Positions 19,070 through 28,832 of a DNA stretch of 64,000 nt are shown one piece after another. The stretch is from Cyanophyceae cyanobacterium (GTDB lineage Bacteria > Cyanobacteriota > Cyanobacteriia > Cyanobacteriales > Laspinemataceae): NCBI GenBank assembly GCA_038321985.1, contig JBBQFN010000003.1:350097-414096 (forward strand), in the 5' to 3' direction. Under the pieces are notes generated by a model that did not search any database, was not told where the DNA came from, and worked only from the letters and a program-made list of their open reading frames with translations. Position numbers and translations under genes: made by a program. The stretch's first letter is position 1; each line of letters starts with the position of its first letter.

Positions 19070-19954
19070 CTAGAGCCTCCTTGGACATTTGGAAACCCCG
19101 CGTCTTGAGACCGGGGAGGAAAATGACTTAAGGGACGGTTATCCCTCGCGCTTTTCAACGACTGATCAGCGCCAAGCCTCCGTTATCCCATCCCACCTCT
19201 CCTGTTTTAGAAACGGGCGTACCATCCCCAGGTCAGTGGGTGAAGCGAAAGCGATCGCTCCCAACAGAATCCTTATAGAGCAGGCTGCTGACGTTCTTAA
19301 GCGCACTGGAGTTCACTTTACCATTTTATGTCTCTCCCTGACAGGGGGTGCGGGGTCCTCTGACCCCCTCGTTAACCACGGCGAATTCTCCCCGCAGTCT
19401 GGGAATTGTAAGTTAATCATAGTTAATCAATAACCGGGAATGTTAGGGGATCAAGAATTCCCCTAACATTCCCTCTGGTTTTTTAAAGATTTTGTAAACT
19501 TTGACGCCGAATTAAACCGTAGACTGGTTATAAACTGTCCATAATTAGGACAAGAGTTTGAAGAGTGGGTAAAAATTAATAAATATTTAGGGAAATTAGG
19601 GGAAGATAATGACAGAAAATGAGATAATCAAATTCATTCAATCAGGATGCAAGTTGCCGTTTTACCCTAGAGAATTTACTTAGGTAAATCCTCATATTGA
19701 AACAAGCAGGATGCTCCCTGAGAGAATCTCCAGCCAGGGTGCTACGCTTTGGGAAACTAAGTATTGCTGATTCTAGTCCAGAGAATAGTCGAGGAAAATT
19801 CAGCAGCGATCGCGGTAAAGGGAAGTAAAGACTTTAAAGATTCAATTTACGCCATTAAACCGCACAGCGAAGGGCAATAAATTTTTTCTACAATTTCTCT
19901 ACTCAAAGCTAAAGTTAGAACAGCAGCAATTTTCCGGAGCTTTGCGGAATTAGG

Positions 19955-20458
19955 GTGCAACTGACATCTACAACAGAACCCTTATGCCAATTTCACCCCT
20001 TCGGGAGGTCAATTGTGAAACAAATCACCCCAGATTCCTACCCAGAACAAACCGTCGATGATATGGTCCACTCCTACGATCGTATTATTTTGGCTATTGT
20101 TGTTACCGGGTTATTATATTGGTTTAATATGGGATTGAACGATCCCCACGCAAAGTCTACCGTGGTTGACTCGAATTCCGCAAACGTGGAACTCTTATCG
20201 GAGGTCACCGCCGACCAAGTATTGCAAGCGGTATCCACCGACTCGGGTTTACCGAAATCGGCCCTGCAAATCGTGGAAACCGGACCCCAATTCGAGACCG
20301 CCGCCAGTTGTACTCCCGTCGCCCCAGATTGCCCCGGGGTCCCGCAACCCTCCCTCGAAGTCAAAGTTACCAGCAATGACCAACTTTTGGTCTATCGGCT
20401 TAACCAGTCCGGACGGGAAGTAAAAGTTGAAAAAATCAGCTCCTCTCGGCTTCAGTGA
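19955..20458 (+). CDS. Hypothetical membrane-anchored protein (start uncertain, possibly ~20063)
   Basis: TM segment IILAIVVTGLLYWF and a CxxxxxxC pair; followed by a hairpin at ~20585-20620. Confidence 0.6.
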   Translation: MQLTSTTEPLCQFHPFGRSIVKQITPDSYPEQTVDDMVHSYDRIILAIVVTGLLYWFNMGLNDPHAKSTVVDSNSANVELLSEVTADQVLQAVSTDSGLPKSALQIVETGPQFETAASCTPVAPDCPGVPQPSLEVKVTSNDQLLVYRLNQSGREVKVEKISSSRLQ

Positions 20459-20753
20459 ACCTCCGGGCAATCGTCCCTCCCGAGTCCCTATTCCTGCTGC
20501 ATTGAGGATAGTCAATTTATGAACCTCCAAAGAGGGCAAACTAGATTGAGCCAATTATTTCTCCCCAAGGGTACATCCATCGGTAAATAGCTCCTGCGGT
20601 TCGACTCGTAGGAGCTATTTGATTTAAAGAGTTTATTGAATTGATAGAAACCCCTTCATTTTGAGTTATAAGTAAAGAATCTGTTTCCCCGAGGCGATCG
20701 TCTCGTCCCTGGAAACTTTCAAACCCGCGTTGTTTTTTATAGGTGCGCTGAAT

Positions 20754-20876
20754 ATGATACTCGCTTTAGAACTGCCAATTTCTAACGGACTAATCGCTCA
20801 AATTTCCTTTACTCTAGTTGTAGCTGGAATTTTTCTCTGGCAGGCATTCAAGGCTTACCAAGAAGTCAAAAAGTAA
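20754..20876 (+). CDS. Small single-TM protein, 40 aa (not in ORF track)
   Basis: MILALELPISNGLIAQISFTLVVAGIFLWQAFKAYQEVKK*; AGGTG upstream. Confidence 0.5.
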   Translation: MILALELPISNGLIAQISFTLVVAGIFLWQAFKAYQEVKK

Positions 20877-21089
20877 GCAAAACCGATCCGTTTGTTGCGA
20901 CGACTCCAGGTCGTCGTAACTCTCACTCCAAAGCCCTCCTCTCACAACATCGCCTCCCCGCAGCAGATCAACCCCTCCCACCCCAAAACCCCATAAAGTG
21001 GAAAACTAAAGCAAAAATTTCACAGAAATATCCAAGGAAGGATTATCCTAGTAGAGACAAAATTCCACACTCTCAAAGGATGATTCATC

Positions 21090-22649
21090 ATGGCGCGTCT
21101 GGCACTGCTGAGCACATCTGACAAAACCGGGTTAATCGACCTCGCCCGCCACTTAGTTGAAGAATTCGGCTTTGACCTCATCAGCAGTGGTGGCACCGCA
21201 ACAGCCCTTAAAGAAGCCGGTTTGCCGGTGACCAAAGTCTCGGACTATACCGGGTCCCCAGAAATTTTAGGGGGCCGGGTGAAAACCCTGCATCCCCGAA
21301 TTCATGGCGGCATTTTAGCAAGACGGGACCTGGCGGAGGACCGGACGGATTTAGAAACCCACGATATCCGCCCGATTGATTTAGTGGTGGTCAATCTTTA
21401 CCCCTTTGAACAAACGATCGCCAAGGAAGGGGTAACGTTTGCCGATGCGATCGAAAATATCGACATTGGCGGTCCTACCTTAATCCGGGCAGCGGCCAAA
21501 AATCACGCCCATGTAACGGTATTATCTAACCCGGGGCAATATGACAGTTACTTGAAAGAATTGCGGAGTAACGGGAAAGCATCGACAGAGTTTCGTCTGT
21601 CTTGTGCGAGGACTGCATTTTGGCATACAGCGTCATACGATCGCGCGATCGCTAGTTATCTGGATACGGAAGCGAATGCCGAGGCACAACATCCGACCCT
21701 ACCGGATACATTTAGCATGAGCGGGCATCAAATCCAATCCCTGCGCTACGGGGAAAATCCTCATCAAGGGGCAGCTTGGTATCAGGTAGGAACGTCTCCC
21801 ATGGGATGGACTGCGGCCAAAAAATTACAAGGGAAAGAGCTCAGTTACAATAACTTAATTGATTTAGAAGCGGCCCGCCAAATTATTGCAGAATTTACCG
21901 GCAGTGGCGAAGATGCAGCGGTGGCAATTCTCAAACATACAAATCCCTGCGGCGTGGCAATGGGAAGTACCTTGGTGGAAGCCTATCAAAAAGCGTTGGC
22001 AGCGGATTCGGTGTCGGCGTTTGGGGGAATTGTTGCTTGCAACCGTTCCCTCGATGCAGCGACGGCAACGGAACTCACCAAAATCTTTTTGGAATGTGTG
22101 GTAGTCCCAGATTGTGAACCGGAAGCGGCAGAAATTTTGGGTAAGAAATCTAAGGTGCGAATTTTAACCTTAGGGGATTTAAACACTGGACCCCAGCGCA
22201 CAATCAAGGCGATCGCAGGGGGATTTTTGGTGCAAGAGTCCGATGATGCGATCGCCGAACCGACGGAGTGGAAAGTGGTCACGGAAAAACAACCGACAGA
22301 AGACCAACTGGCGGAACTTCTGTTTGCCTGGAAAGTCGTCAAGCACGTTAAATCAAATGCTATTGTTGTGACTCGCGATCGGACCACTTTAGGGGTAGGT
22401 GCTGGTCAAATGAATCGGGTTGGATCTGTTAAAATAGCCCTCGAACAAGCCGGAGAAAAAGCTCAAGGTGCGGTGCTCGCTTCCGATGGATTTTTCCCCT
22501 TTGATGATTCAGTGAAAACAGCCGCCGCCGCCGGCATTGTGGCTGTGGTGCAGCCGGGAGGAAGTCTGCGGGATAGTGATTCAATTGCTGCCGCCAATGA
22601 ACTCGGTCTGGTGATGGTTTGTACCGGCATCCGTCACTTCTATCATTAA
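21090..22649 (+). CDS. purH: Bifunctional AICAR transformylase / IMP cyclohydrolase
   Basis: GRVKTLHPRIHGGIL, NIDIGGP, LRYGENPHQ, KHTNPCG, ASDGFFPF, GIRHF. Confidence 0.98.
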   Translation: MARLALLSTSDKTGLIDLARHLVEEFGFDLISSGGTATALKEAGLPVTKVSDYTGSPEILGGRVKTLHPRIHGGILARRDLAEDRTDLETHDIRPIDLVVVNLYPFEQTIAKEGVTFADAIENIDIGGPTLIRAAAKNHAHVTVLSNPGQYDSYLKELRSNGKASTEFRLSCARTAFWHTASYDRAIASYLDTEANAEAQHPTLPDTFSMSGHQIQSLRYGENPHQGAAWYQVGTSPMGWTAAKKLQGKELSYNNLIDLEAARQIIAEFTGSGEDAAVAILKHTNPCGVAMGSTLVEAYQKALAADSVSAFGGIVACNRSLDAATATELTKIFLECVVVPDCEPEAAEILGKKSKVRILTLGDLNTGPQRTIKAIAGGFLVQESDDAIAEPTEWKVVTEKQPTEDQLAELLFAWKVVKHVKSNAIVVTRDRTTLGVGAGQMNRVGSVKIALEQAGEKAQGAVLASDGFFPFDDSVKTAAAAGIVAVVQPGGSLRDSDSIAAANELGLVMVCTGIRHFYH

Positions 22650-22729
22650 GCGGACTGGGGGAGTTGTATCAGGATGGGTATCATACCAAATCCGGGTATC
22701 AAAAGTCATTTTAATTTCATCTGATGGTT

Positions 22730-22765
22730 CCCTCCCCTTGGCAAGGGGAGGGTTAGGGTGGGGTC
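22730..22765. repeat. CCCTCCCCTTGGCAAGGGGAGGG palindromic repeat family
   Basis: Related copies at 33150-33184 and 52313-52355 (opposite orientation); degenerate copies near 12410, 35460 and 47090. Confidence 0.8.
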
Positions 22766-22954
22766 CACTAAGTTATTCTCCTGTTAACAGACCTATAACT
22801 ACCGTATGGAGTATCAATAGCCTCTTTGAAGAGTTCCCTCTAGGCTAAAACCGAGAGTTCTTCACTGTTCTCAACTTAACGTCACCCCATCCCTTGGACA
22901 ACTGCCCCATTCTGTCAAATTCTAACCTATCCTACTCTTTACTTAAGCAAAATT

Positions 22955-24028
22955 ATGAAACTCGAATTGTGGCAACCTAGCCTTAGCGCTCCCACGCAAT
23001 CGGGGATATCAAATGAGTGGAAAAAATGGATTGCTACTAACAAATTGCGGCAGGTTCCTGATGGTCACCTGGTGGATACTCTGGTGCAAAAGGGTGTCGA
23101 TATTCGCATAGCAGTCGCCGAAGTTAAGGCGGTTTCCTCTCACCCTTATTTTGAAGCCGCTAGCACAATGATTGCCGAGCAGAATCAGCAATCTCAAGCT
23201 GAGAATGCAGTTTCTGCTAACCAGATTGAAAAATTAGAACTTCAGCTAGATATCTACCGAGCCTTAGAGAAATCACGTCCTAGTTACAATCAAATCCAAC
23301 GGGTTAATAATCTTTCTTCAGCCGAGTTTCTGGAAAAGTATTATGCCACCAATACTCCGGTAATTATAACCGATGTTATGCAAAATTGGCAGGCATTGTC
23401 CCGGTGGAATCCCCAGTATTTTAAGCAACATTATGGAGAGGTCCCCGTCGAAGTCCAATTTAACCGGGAATCGAACCCCCTATTTGAGCGCGAAAAATAT
23501 AAACATCCCAAGCAGATGACGATGGGGGAGTATGTGGATTTAGTCGTCAATGGCGGCAAAACCAACGATTACTATATGGTTCCTTATAATGAAAATTTAG
23601 AGCGCTCAGAGTTGCAAGGACTGCTGGAGGAAATCGAGGTTTTCCCAGAGTATCTCGATGGCTCGAAACGGAACCTCTGTATGTTTTTCTGGTTCGGTCC
23701 CGAAGGAACCATTACGCCTCTGCACCACGACCCCTGCAATGTGCTATTGGCGCAAGTGTACGGCAAAAAGCGCATCCGGCTGATTTCTCCGAATCAAAGG
23801 CACTTGCTTTACAATCTATTCAGCGTTTACAGTGATGTGGATTTAAACAATCCCGATTATGAAAAATATCCCCGGTTTAAAGACGTGGAAGTGCTTGAGG
23901 TTATCTTAGAACCTGGGGAAGTGATACTTCTGCCCGTGGCATGGTGGCATCATGTCGAGTCTTTAGATATTGCCATCTCTATGTCTTTTACAAATTTTAA
24001 GTTTCCCAATTGTTACAACGTTAAGTAA
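22955..24028 (+). CDS. JmjC/cupin-8 Fe(II)/2OG oxygenase (FIH/JMJD-like)
   Basis: FWFGPEGTITPLHHDP...QVYGKKRIRL...LEPGEVILLPVAWWHHVESL; intact HxD...H. Confidence 0.9.
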   Translation: MKLELWQPSLSAPTQSGISNEWKKWIATNKLRQVPDGHLVDTLVQKGVDIRIAVAEVKAVSSHPYFEAASTMIAEQNQQSQAENAVSANQIEKLELQLDIYRALEKSRPSYNQIQRVNNLSSAEFLEKYYATNTPVIITDVMQNWQALSRWNPQYFKQHYGEVPVEVQFNRESNPLFEREKYKHPKQMTMGEYVDLVVNGGKTNDYYMVPYNENLERSELQGLLEEIEVFPEYLDGSKRNLCMFFWFGPEGTITPLHHDPCNVLLAQVYGKKRIRLISPNQRHLLYNLFSVYSDVDLNNPDYEKYPRFKDVEVLEVILEPGEVILLPVAWWHHVESLDIAISMSFTNFKFPNCYNVK

Positions 24029-24066
24029 TCAATGAAAAGAGTGAAATCAAGAGATGAGGGAAAAAA

Positions 24067-25188
24067 ATGATAGCCCAAAAAATTACACCAGAATCGGCGA
24101 TCGCCACTTCGCCTGACTCGAAACTGCTCCAAGTGATGTTGTTTTTAGAGGGGGGTCATCAGTGTGAAACTGCTTTACTGCCGGATGCACCTCTGTTACG
24201 CGAACTCTTTCAATCCCTGATCGGGATATCAGAAGCCAGTGAGAATAAACTCTTTCAAATTCCGATTGAAGAGGGAAATTCCTGTGTGTATTTTCCCGGG
24301 GAATCGTTAGTGGCGATCGCCACTGACCCTCCCGTTTCTATCGACAGCTTAGACTTAGAACGAGAAGCACCACAGCCGGACAATCCAGTTTACCCCCTGC
24401 AATGGCAACTCAACATCTACCGTAAGCTAGACAAACTCTCGCCAAACTATGGTAAAATTGAAAGAATTCCCCACATTTCCGGTCCCGAATTTTTAGCCCA
24501 TTACTACATTAGAAACCAACCTGTTATTTTCACAGACTTAATGGAAAACTGGCAGGCACTCTCCCGGTGGACGCCGGAGTATTTAAAAGAAAAATACGGT
24601 CACATTACCGTAGGTGCACAATTCAACGGGGAATCTAACCTTGAGTATGAAATGCCACCTAAGAAGCATCAAAAACTGCTACCCTTGGGTGAATTTGTGG
24701 ATATTGTTGTCAAAGGAGGCAACAGCAATGATTACTCTATGGGTTCTTATAATTATAACTTGTGTCGTAAACCCCTGCAAGGACTCTTCAATGATATCCA
24801 ACTATTTCCCGAGTATCTAACCCCAACTTTTGAACCCAGTCGCAGCGTGCTTTGGTTGGAACCTGCCGGCGCGATAAATCCCTTGCATTTTGATGCTGTA
24901 AATAGCTTCTTATGTCAAGTGTATGGACGTAAAAAAGTGCGGCTAATTTCTCCCAATCAAAAATATTTACTCGGGAACTATGGCAAGTATTTTAGCGAAA
25001 TAGATTTAGATAACCTGGATTTTGAGCGCTATCCAAACTTCCAAAAAATCGATATGATTGAGATTGTGCTAGAACCGGGAGAAGTTTTATTTTTGCCCGT
25101 GGGGTGGTGGCATCAGGTGAACTCTCTGGATATTTCCATTTCAATTTCATTGATGAACTTTTTGGTTAACAATGACTTTGAAGAGTAA
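24067..25188 (+). CDS. JmjC/cupin-8 oxygenase with unnamed N-terminal module
   Basis: PLHFDA...WWHQV (HxD...H); N-terminal GGHQ...DAPLL...LFQIP...AIATDPPV. Confidence 0.88.
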   Translation: MIAQKITPESAIATSPDSKLLQVMLFLEGGHQCETALLPDAPLLRELFQSLIGISEASENKLFQIPIEEGNSCVYFPGESLVAIATDPPVSIDSLDLEREAPQPDNPVYPLQWQLNIYRKLDKLSPNYGKIERIPHISGPEFLAHYYIRNQPVIFTDLMENWQALSRWTPEYLKEKYGHITVGAQFNGESNLEYEMPPKKHQKLLPLGEFVDIVVKGGNSNDYSMGSYNYNLCRKPLQGLFNDIQLFPEYLTPTFEPSRSVLWLEPAGAINPLHFDAVNSFLCQVYGRKKVRLISPNQKYLLGNYGKYFSEIDLDNLDFERYPNFQKIDMIEIVLEPGEVLFLPVGWWHQVNSLDISISISLMNFLVNNDFEE

Positions 25189-25269
25189 GGGTAAGGGGTG
25201 ACAACCGGGGGCGGTTTCAACTTCCGTCCGGTGTTGCCGGTTAAACTAAACTGCAAACTACTGATAAAA

Positions 25270-26151
25270 ATGGAATCTATGGAATTAGAATCGAACCTGG
25301 TACAAGTGATTGTAATGATGACAGGAGGTCATCAGTATGAACTTTCTCTAAGCGCTGATGCACCCCTGCTACAGGAGTTATTTCAAGCCTTAAGCAATCG
25401 GGGGAAAAATGCCGGGAAAGATATGTTTAAAATTCCCAATGAAGAGGATGGTTCCTGTTTGTATATTCCTCGGGATGCGATCGCAGCGATCGCCACAGTT
25501 CCTCCCATCGCCATCCAAACCCTGAACTTAGAACCCCAATCCCCGCAAGTCGAACTCAGTCCCCCTCCCCCAAAACCCCCGGAAATTATCGAATCCAGTT
25601 TTGTGCAACTGGATAATTTTCTGAACTCGCCAGAGTACCAGCAACTCATCGAGACTATCTTTCCCCAAGAATTGGCGATCGCCTCTAGTGGGATTCAGTT
25701 GCCAACTCCCCAATCTTTTGCACCCCTACGAGAAGTGTTGTTACACCGAGTTCAAAGGATGTTTCCTGATGTCCTAATTCAGCTAGGGATGCAGGGATTT
25801 CCCCTCAGGGAAATGGAAGCGCAGGATATTCCCATTCATGCCATCGAGGGACAGCCAATTTCAACCGATGCAAATAGCTCGGAAACGGCTTTAAGAGTGT
25901 TGAGTTTTATGTATTTTTTCTATCAAGAACCGCGACCTTTTACTGGGGGAGAACTGCGAATTTATGATAGCCAGATACAGAATAAATACCTGAGTGCCGC
26001 CCAATCCTATAAAACCATAGAACCGCGTAATAATAGCATTGTGTTTTTCTTAGCCAGCAATGCTTATGAAGTGCTGCCGGTACATCCGAACTCTCCAGCA
26101 TTTCGCGATCGCTGCTTCCGGGTGCAGGGGTGGATGAGGCGATCGGGTTAA
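25270..26151 (+). CDS. Prolyl-hydroxylase-like 2OG-Fe(II) oxygenase paralog, predicted inactive, with shared N-terminal module
   Basis: RVLSFMYFF...FTGGELRIYD...PRNNSIVFF fold motifs, but both metal-binding His residues are absent. Confidence 0.82.
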   Translation: MESMELESNLVQVIVMMTGGHQYELSLSADAPLLQELFQALSNRGKNAGKDMFKIPNEEDGSCLYIPRDAIAAIATVPPIAIQTLNLEPQSPQVELSPPPPKPPEIIESSFVQLDNFLNSPEYQQLIETIFPQELAIASSGIQLPTPQSFAPLREVLLHRVQRMFPDVLIQLGMQGFPLREMEAQDIPIHAIEGQPISTDANSSETALRVLSFMYFFYQEPRPFTGGELRIYDSQIQNKYLSAAQSYKTIEPRNNSIVFFLASNAYEVLPVHPNSPAFRDRCFRVQGWMRRSG

Positions 26152-26244
26152 ACCGGGAATTGCTACCCTGTATAGAAATCTTTGCATCTTACTCACTTGG
26201 TTAGTTACAAATTCATTTTGCCATTTTGCCATAAGGTTAATCGT

Positions 26245-27168
26245 ATGACATCGAATACACAGCTAACAGAAACTCAAACTGTCCATGTAATGCTACTGAT
26301 TGCTGGGGGACATCAATGTGAATTGTCCATGGCATCCGATGCACCACTGTTGCGAGACTTGTTGGAAGCGATCACACTCCGTTCTCACCCTGAGAGAGAG
26401 CAACCGAATAAACTGTTTCAGATTCCCATGGAAGATGGGGGACCGGCTTTATACTTTCCCAGTCGTTCCATCGTGGCGATCGCCACAGATCCGCCGGTTT
26501 CCTTGCCTGACTTTTCCCCAGAACCGGAACCTCCGCAGCGATCGGCAGTAGCCACCGCACCCATTTTAATAGAATCTAGATTCCTCAAAATCCAGAACTT
26601 TTTAAGCGAAGCAGAAAACCAACGGATTCTCAACTATGTAATAGAAAATCAGAGAGAATTTGAGGATAGTAAAGCCGGAACTAGCGGTATCAGCGACCCC
26701 AACTATCGGAAATCCAAAATATTCTATTACTTCGAGGAATTTGGGGACCTCATTCGAGAACAAATCAAAAAAAATCTTCCCCAAGTTAGAGAACATTTTG
26801 GAATTCCCCCTTTTGAAATCAGCGAAATTGAATCTCAAATCACCGCCCATAACCACGGACATTATTATAAAGTACATAATGATAATGGGGATGACGTCAC
26901 CACTCACCGAGTCCTGAGTTACATTTACTACTTTCACCGAGAACCGAAAGCCTTTAGCGGGGGAGAACTGCGGATGTATGATAGTTTGAAGCTGGGGGAA
27001 ACTTCCTATTCCATAGCGGAATCCTATAAGGATATTCCCCCCACTAACAACAGTATTGTATTTTTTGTCAGCAACTGTCTCCATGAAGTTCGGCCTATTA
27101 TTTGTCCTTCTAAGGACTTCAAAGATAGCCGATTTACCCTGAATGGATGGATTAGAAAAGTAGGTTAA
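26245..27168 (+). CDS. Prolyl-hydroxylase-like 2OG-Fe(II) oxygenase with shared N-terminal module
   Basis: YKVHND...FSGGELRMYD...LHEV...SRFTLNGW (HxD...H...R intact). Confidence 0.9.
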   Translation: MTSNTQLTETQTVHVMLLIAGGHQCELSMASDAPLLRDLLEAITLRSHPEREQPNKLFQIPMEDGGPALYFPSRSIVAIATDPPVSLPDFSPEPEPPQRSAVATAPILIESRFLKIQNFLSEAENQRILNYVIENQREFEDSKAGTSGISDPNYRKSKIFYYFEEFGDLIREQIKKNLPQVREHFGIPPFEISEIESQITAHNHGHYYKVHNDNGDDVTTHRVLSYIYYFHREPKAFSGGELRMYDSLKLGETSYSIAESYKDIPPTNNSIVFFVSNCLHEVRPIICPSKDFKDSRFTLNGWIRKVG

Positions 27169-27184
27169 ATTATTAACAGCATCA

Positions 27185-27212
27185 ACCGGCGGAATTTTAA
27201 ATTGCCGCCGGT
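27185..27212. terminator. Hairpin after oxygenase cluster
   Basis: ACCGGCGG...CCGCCGGT stem between convergent genes. Confidence 0.5.
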
Positions 27213-27220
27213 GTAATGCT

Positions 27221-27496
27221 TCAAACCGACATCGCTCTATCCCGCTTCAGCATGAAACTCGCGAAAATAATCCCCATAATTGCCCTCGGATAAAAGGCAT
27301 AAATATAGCGGTCAAACCAATCGTGAATTTGTCCAGCAATTAGGGTTCCTAACAACGCACCCACCCCGTATGCCGTAAACCCAATCCCGTAATTTTGAGC
27401 ATAATTATCGGGGTTAAATAAGCTCCGGGTTGTCGTAGGTGCGATCGCCATCCATCCGCCTAGAGATGCCCAAAATAGACAGAAGGCAATAATGGT
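27221..27496 (-). pseudogene. C-terminal remnant of an OFA-type MFS transporter
   Basis: IIAFCLFWASLGGWMAIAPTTT...NYAQNYGIGFTAYGVGALLG matches the last MFS helices; N-terminal portion absent. Confidence 0.7.
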
Positions 27497-27908
27497 ATTC
27501 CTTACTTCTAACTCCTGGTTAGCGATAATACCCGTTGATTGGTATCAGTTTCGGGCTGATTGTTAGGGTTTAGCTTGCTTCTATCGAGCTTCTTTGATTA
27601 AGGTTTAACTCGTTAATTGCCTTACCTTTACTTTACCATAATTTTTTTCATTCCTAGTTTTCATTTATCATCAAAACTTGATTTTTATTAGGGAAAAATC
27701 TCACCCTGAGCCGTCCGGTTGGGAGGGCGATCGCACGGGACGGGGTGAGGATTTGAGCCTTTTGATAGATGCTACGTTGAAAGGGTTCGAGTACCCTAGG
27801 GAAGATAGACTTGAAAGTGAGCGGCCTAAATCTTCCCCTGGGGAACCCTTGCGGTCGCTTCCTTCAGGAATGGACGGTTTAAAATAACGGCTTAAATTGA
27901 TATACATC

Positions 27909-28760
27909 ATGGCTCAATCGACTCAATCAGAATGGATCGAGCGCTTTGCTCGATTTGGATATGCTGCAAAAGGTTTTGTTTACGCTTTAGTCGGGGTTCT
28001 CGCCTTGCAAGCTGCATTAACTCGCGGGGGAAAAATTACCGACCCAAAGGGGGTGCTTTATGAGATATTTCAGCAGCCTTTCGGACAAATTTTACTCAGC
28101 TTAGTGACCATTGGACTGCTAGGTTATGCCATGTGGCGTTTTCTACAGGCCTTTAAGGATGTAGACAATAAAGGTTCAAGTGCTAAAGGGCTGCTTGAGC
28201 GATTTAGTTTTGCGATTAGCGGGGTGATTTATTGCGGGTTTGCTTTTACTGCAATTAAGCTGTTGAGTGGTGCCGAACAGGGTGGGGGTAAGCCAAGTGA
28301 CCAAAGCACTCAACATTGGACGGCACGGTTTCTCTCACAACCGTTTGGGGAGTGGTTAGTAGGACTCGGAGGGGTGATTTTTGTCGGTTCGGGATTTTAT
28401 TATTTTTATAAAGCCTTTACGGGGAAGTTTCGCCAAGAATTAAACATGAGAAATATGAGTCGCCAGGAAGAAAAATGGGTGATGTTAGCAGGGCGACTGG
28501 GGTTATCTGCAAGGGGTGTGATTTTTGTAATGATTGGGTGGTTTTTAATGAAGGCCGCTTATCAGTCCGATGCTGATGAAGCACACGCAATTCCCGGTAC
28601 GTTAGAAGTATTATTAAAACAGCCTTATGGGGTTGTACTTTTGGGGGTAATGGCGGTAGGATTGCTAATTTATGGACTGTATATGGGAGTACAGGCCCGC
28701 TATCGGCGCATTACCCCGCCCAAAAACAGTGCGCAAGAAATTTTTAATATGGGAAAATAG
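27909..28760 (+). CDS. DUF1206 membrane protein
   Basis: ARFGYAAKGFVY...QPFGQ repeated three-fold (QPFG/QPYG). Confidence 0.85.
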   Translation: MAQSTQSEWIERFARFGYAAKGFVYALVGVLALQAALTRGGKITDPKGVLYEIFQQPFGQILLSLVTIGLLGYAMWRFLQAFKDVDNKGSSAKGLLERFSFAISGVIYCGFAFTAIKLLSGAEQGGGKPSDQSTQHWTARFLSQPFGEWLVGLGGVIFVGSGFYYFYKAFTGKFRQELNMRNMSRQEEKWVMLAGRLGLSARGVIFVMIGWFLMKAAYQSDADEAHAIPGTLEVLLKQPYGVVLLGVMAVGLLIYGLYMGVQARYRRITPPKNSAQEIFNMGK

Positions 28761-28832
28761 GCGATCGCCTCTGGAGAAAATAACTCTCGGGTAGGGCTGC
28801 CCGGGAAGTACAGCCCAGACAGGAACTAAGAT

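Noticed and set aside
18141..19950. CIRCE operator for grpE-dnaK-dnaJ
   Set aside because: No TTAGCACTC-N9-GAGTGCTAA match was seen.
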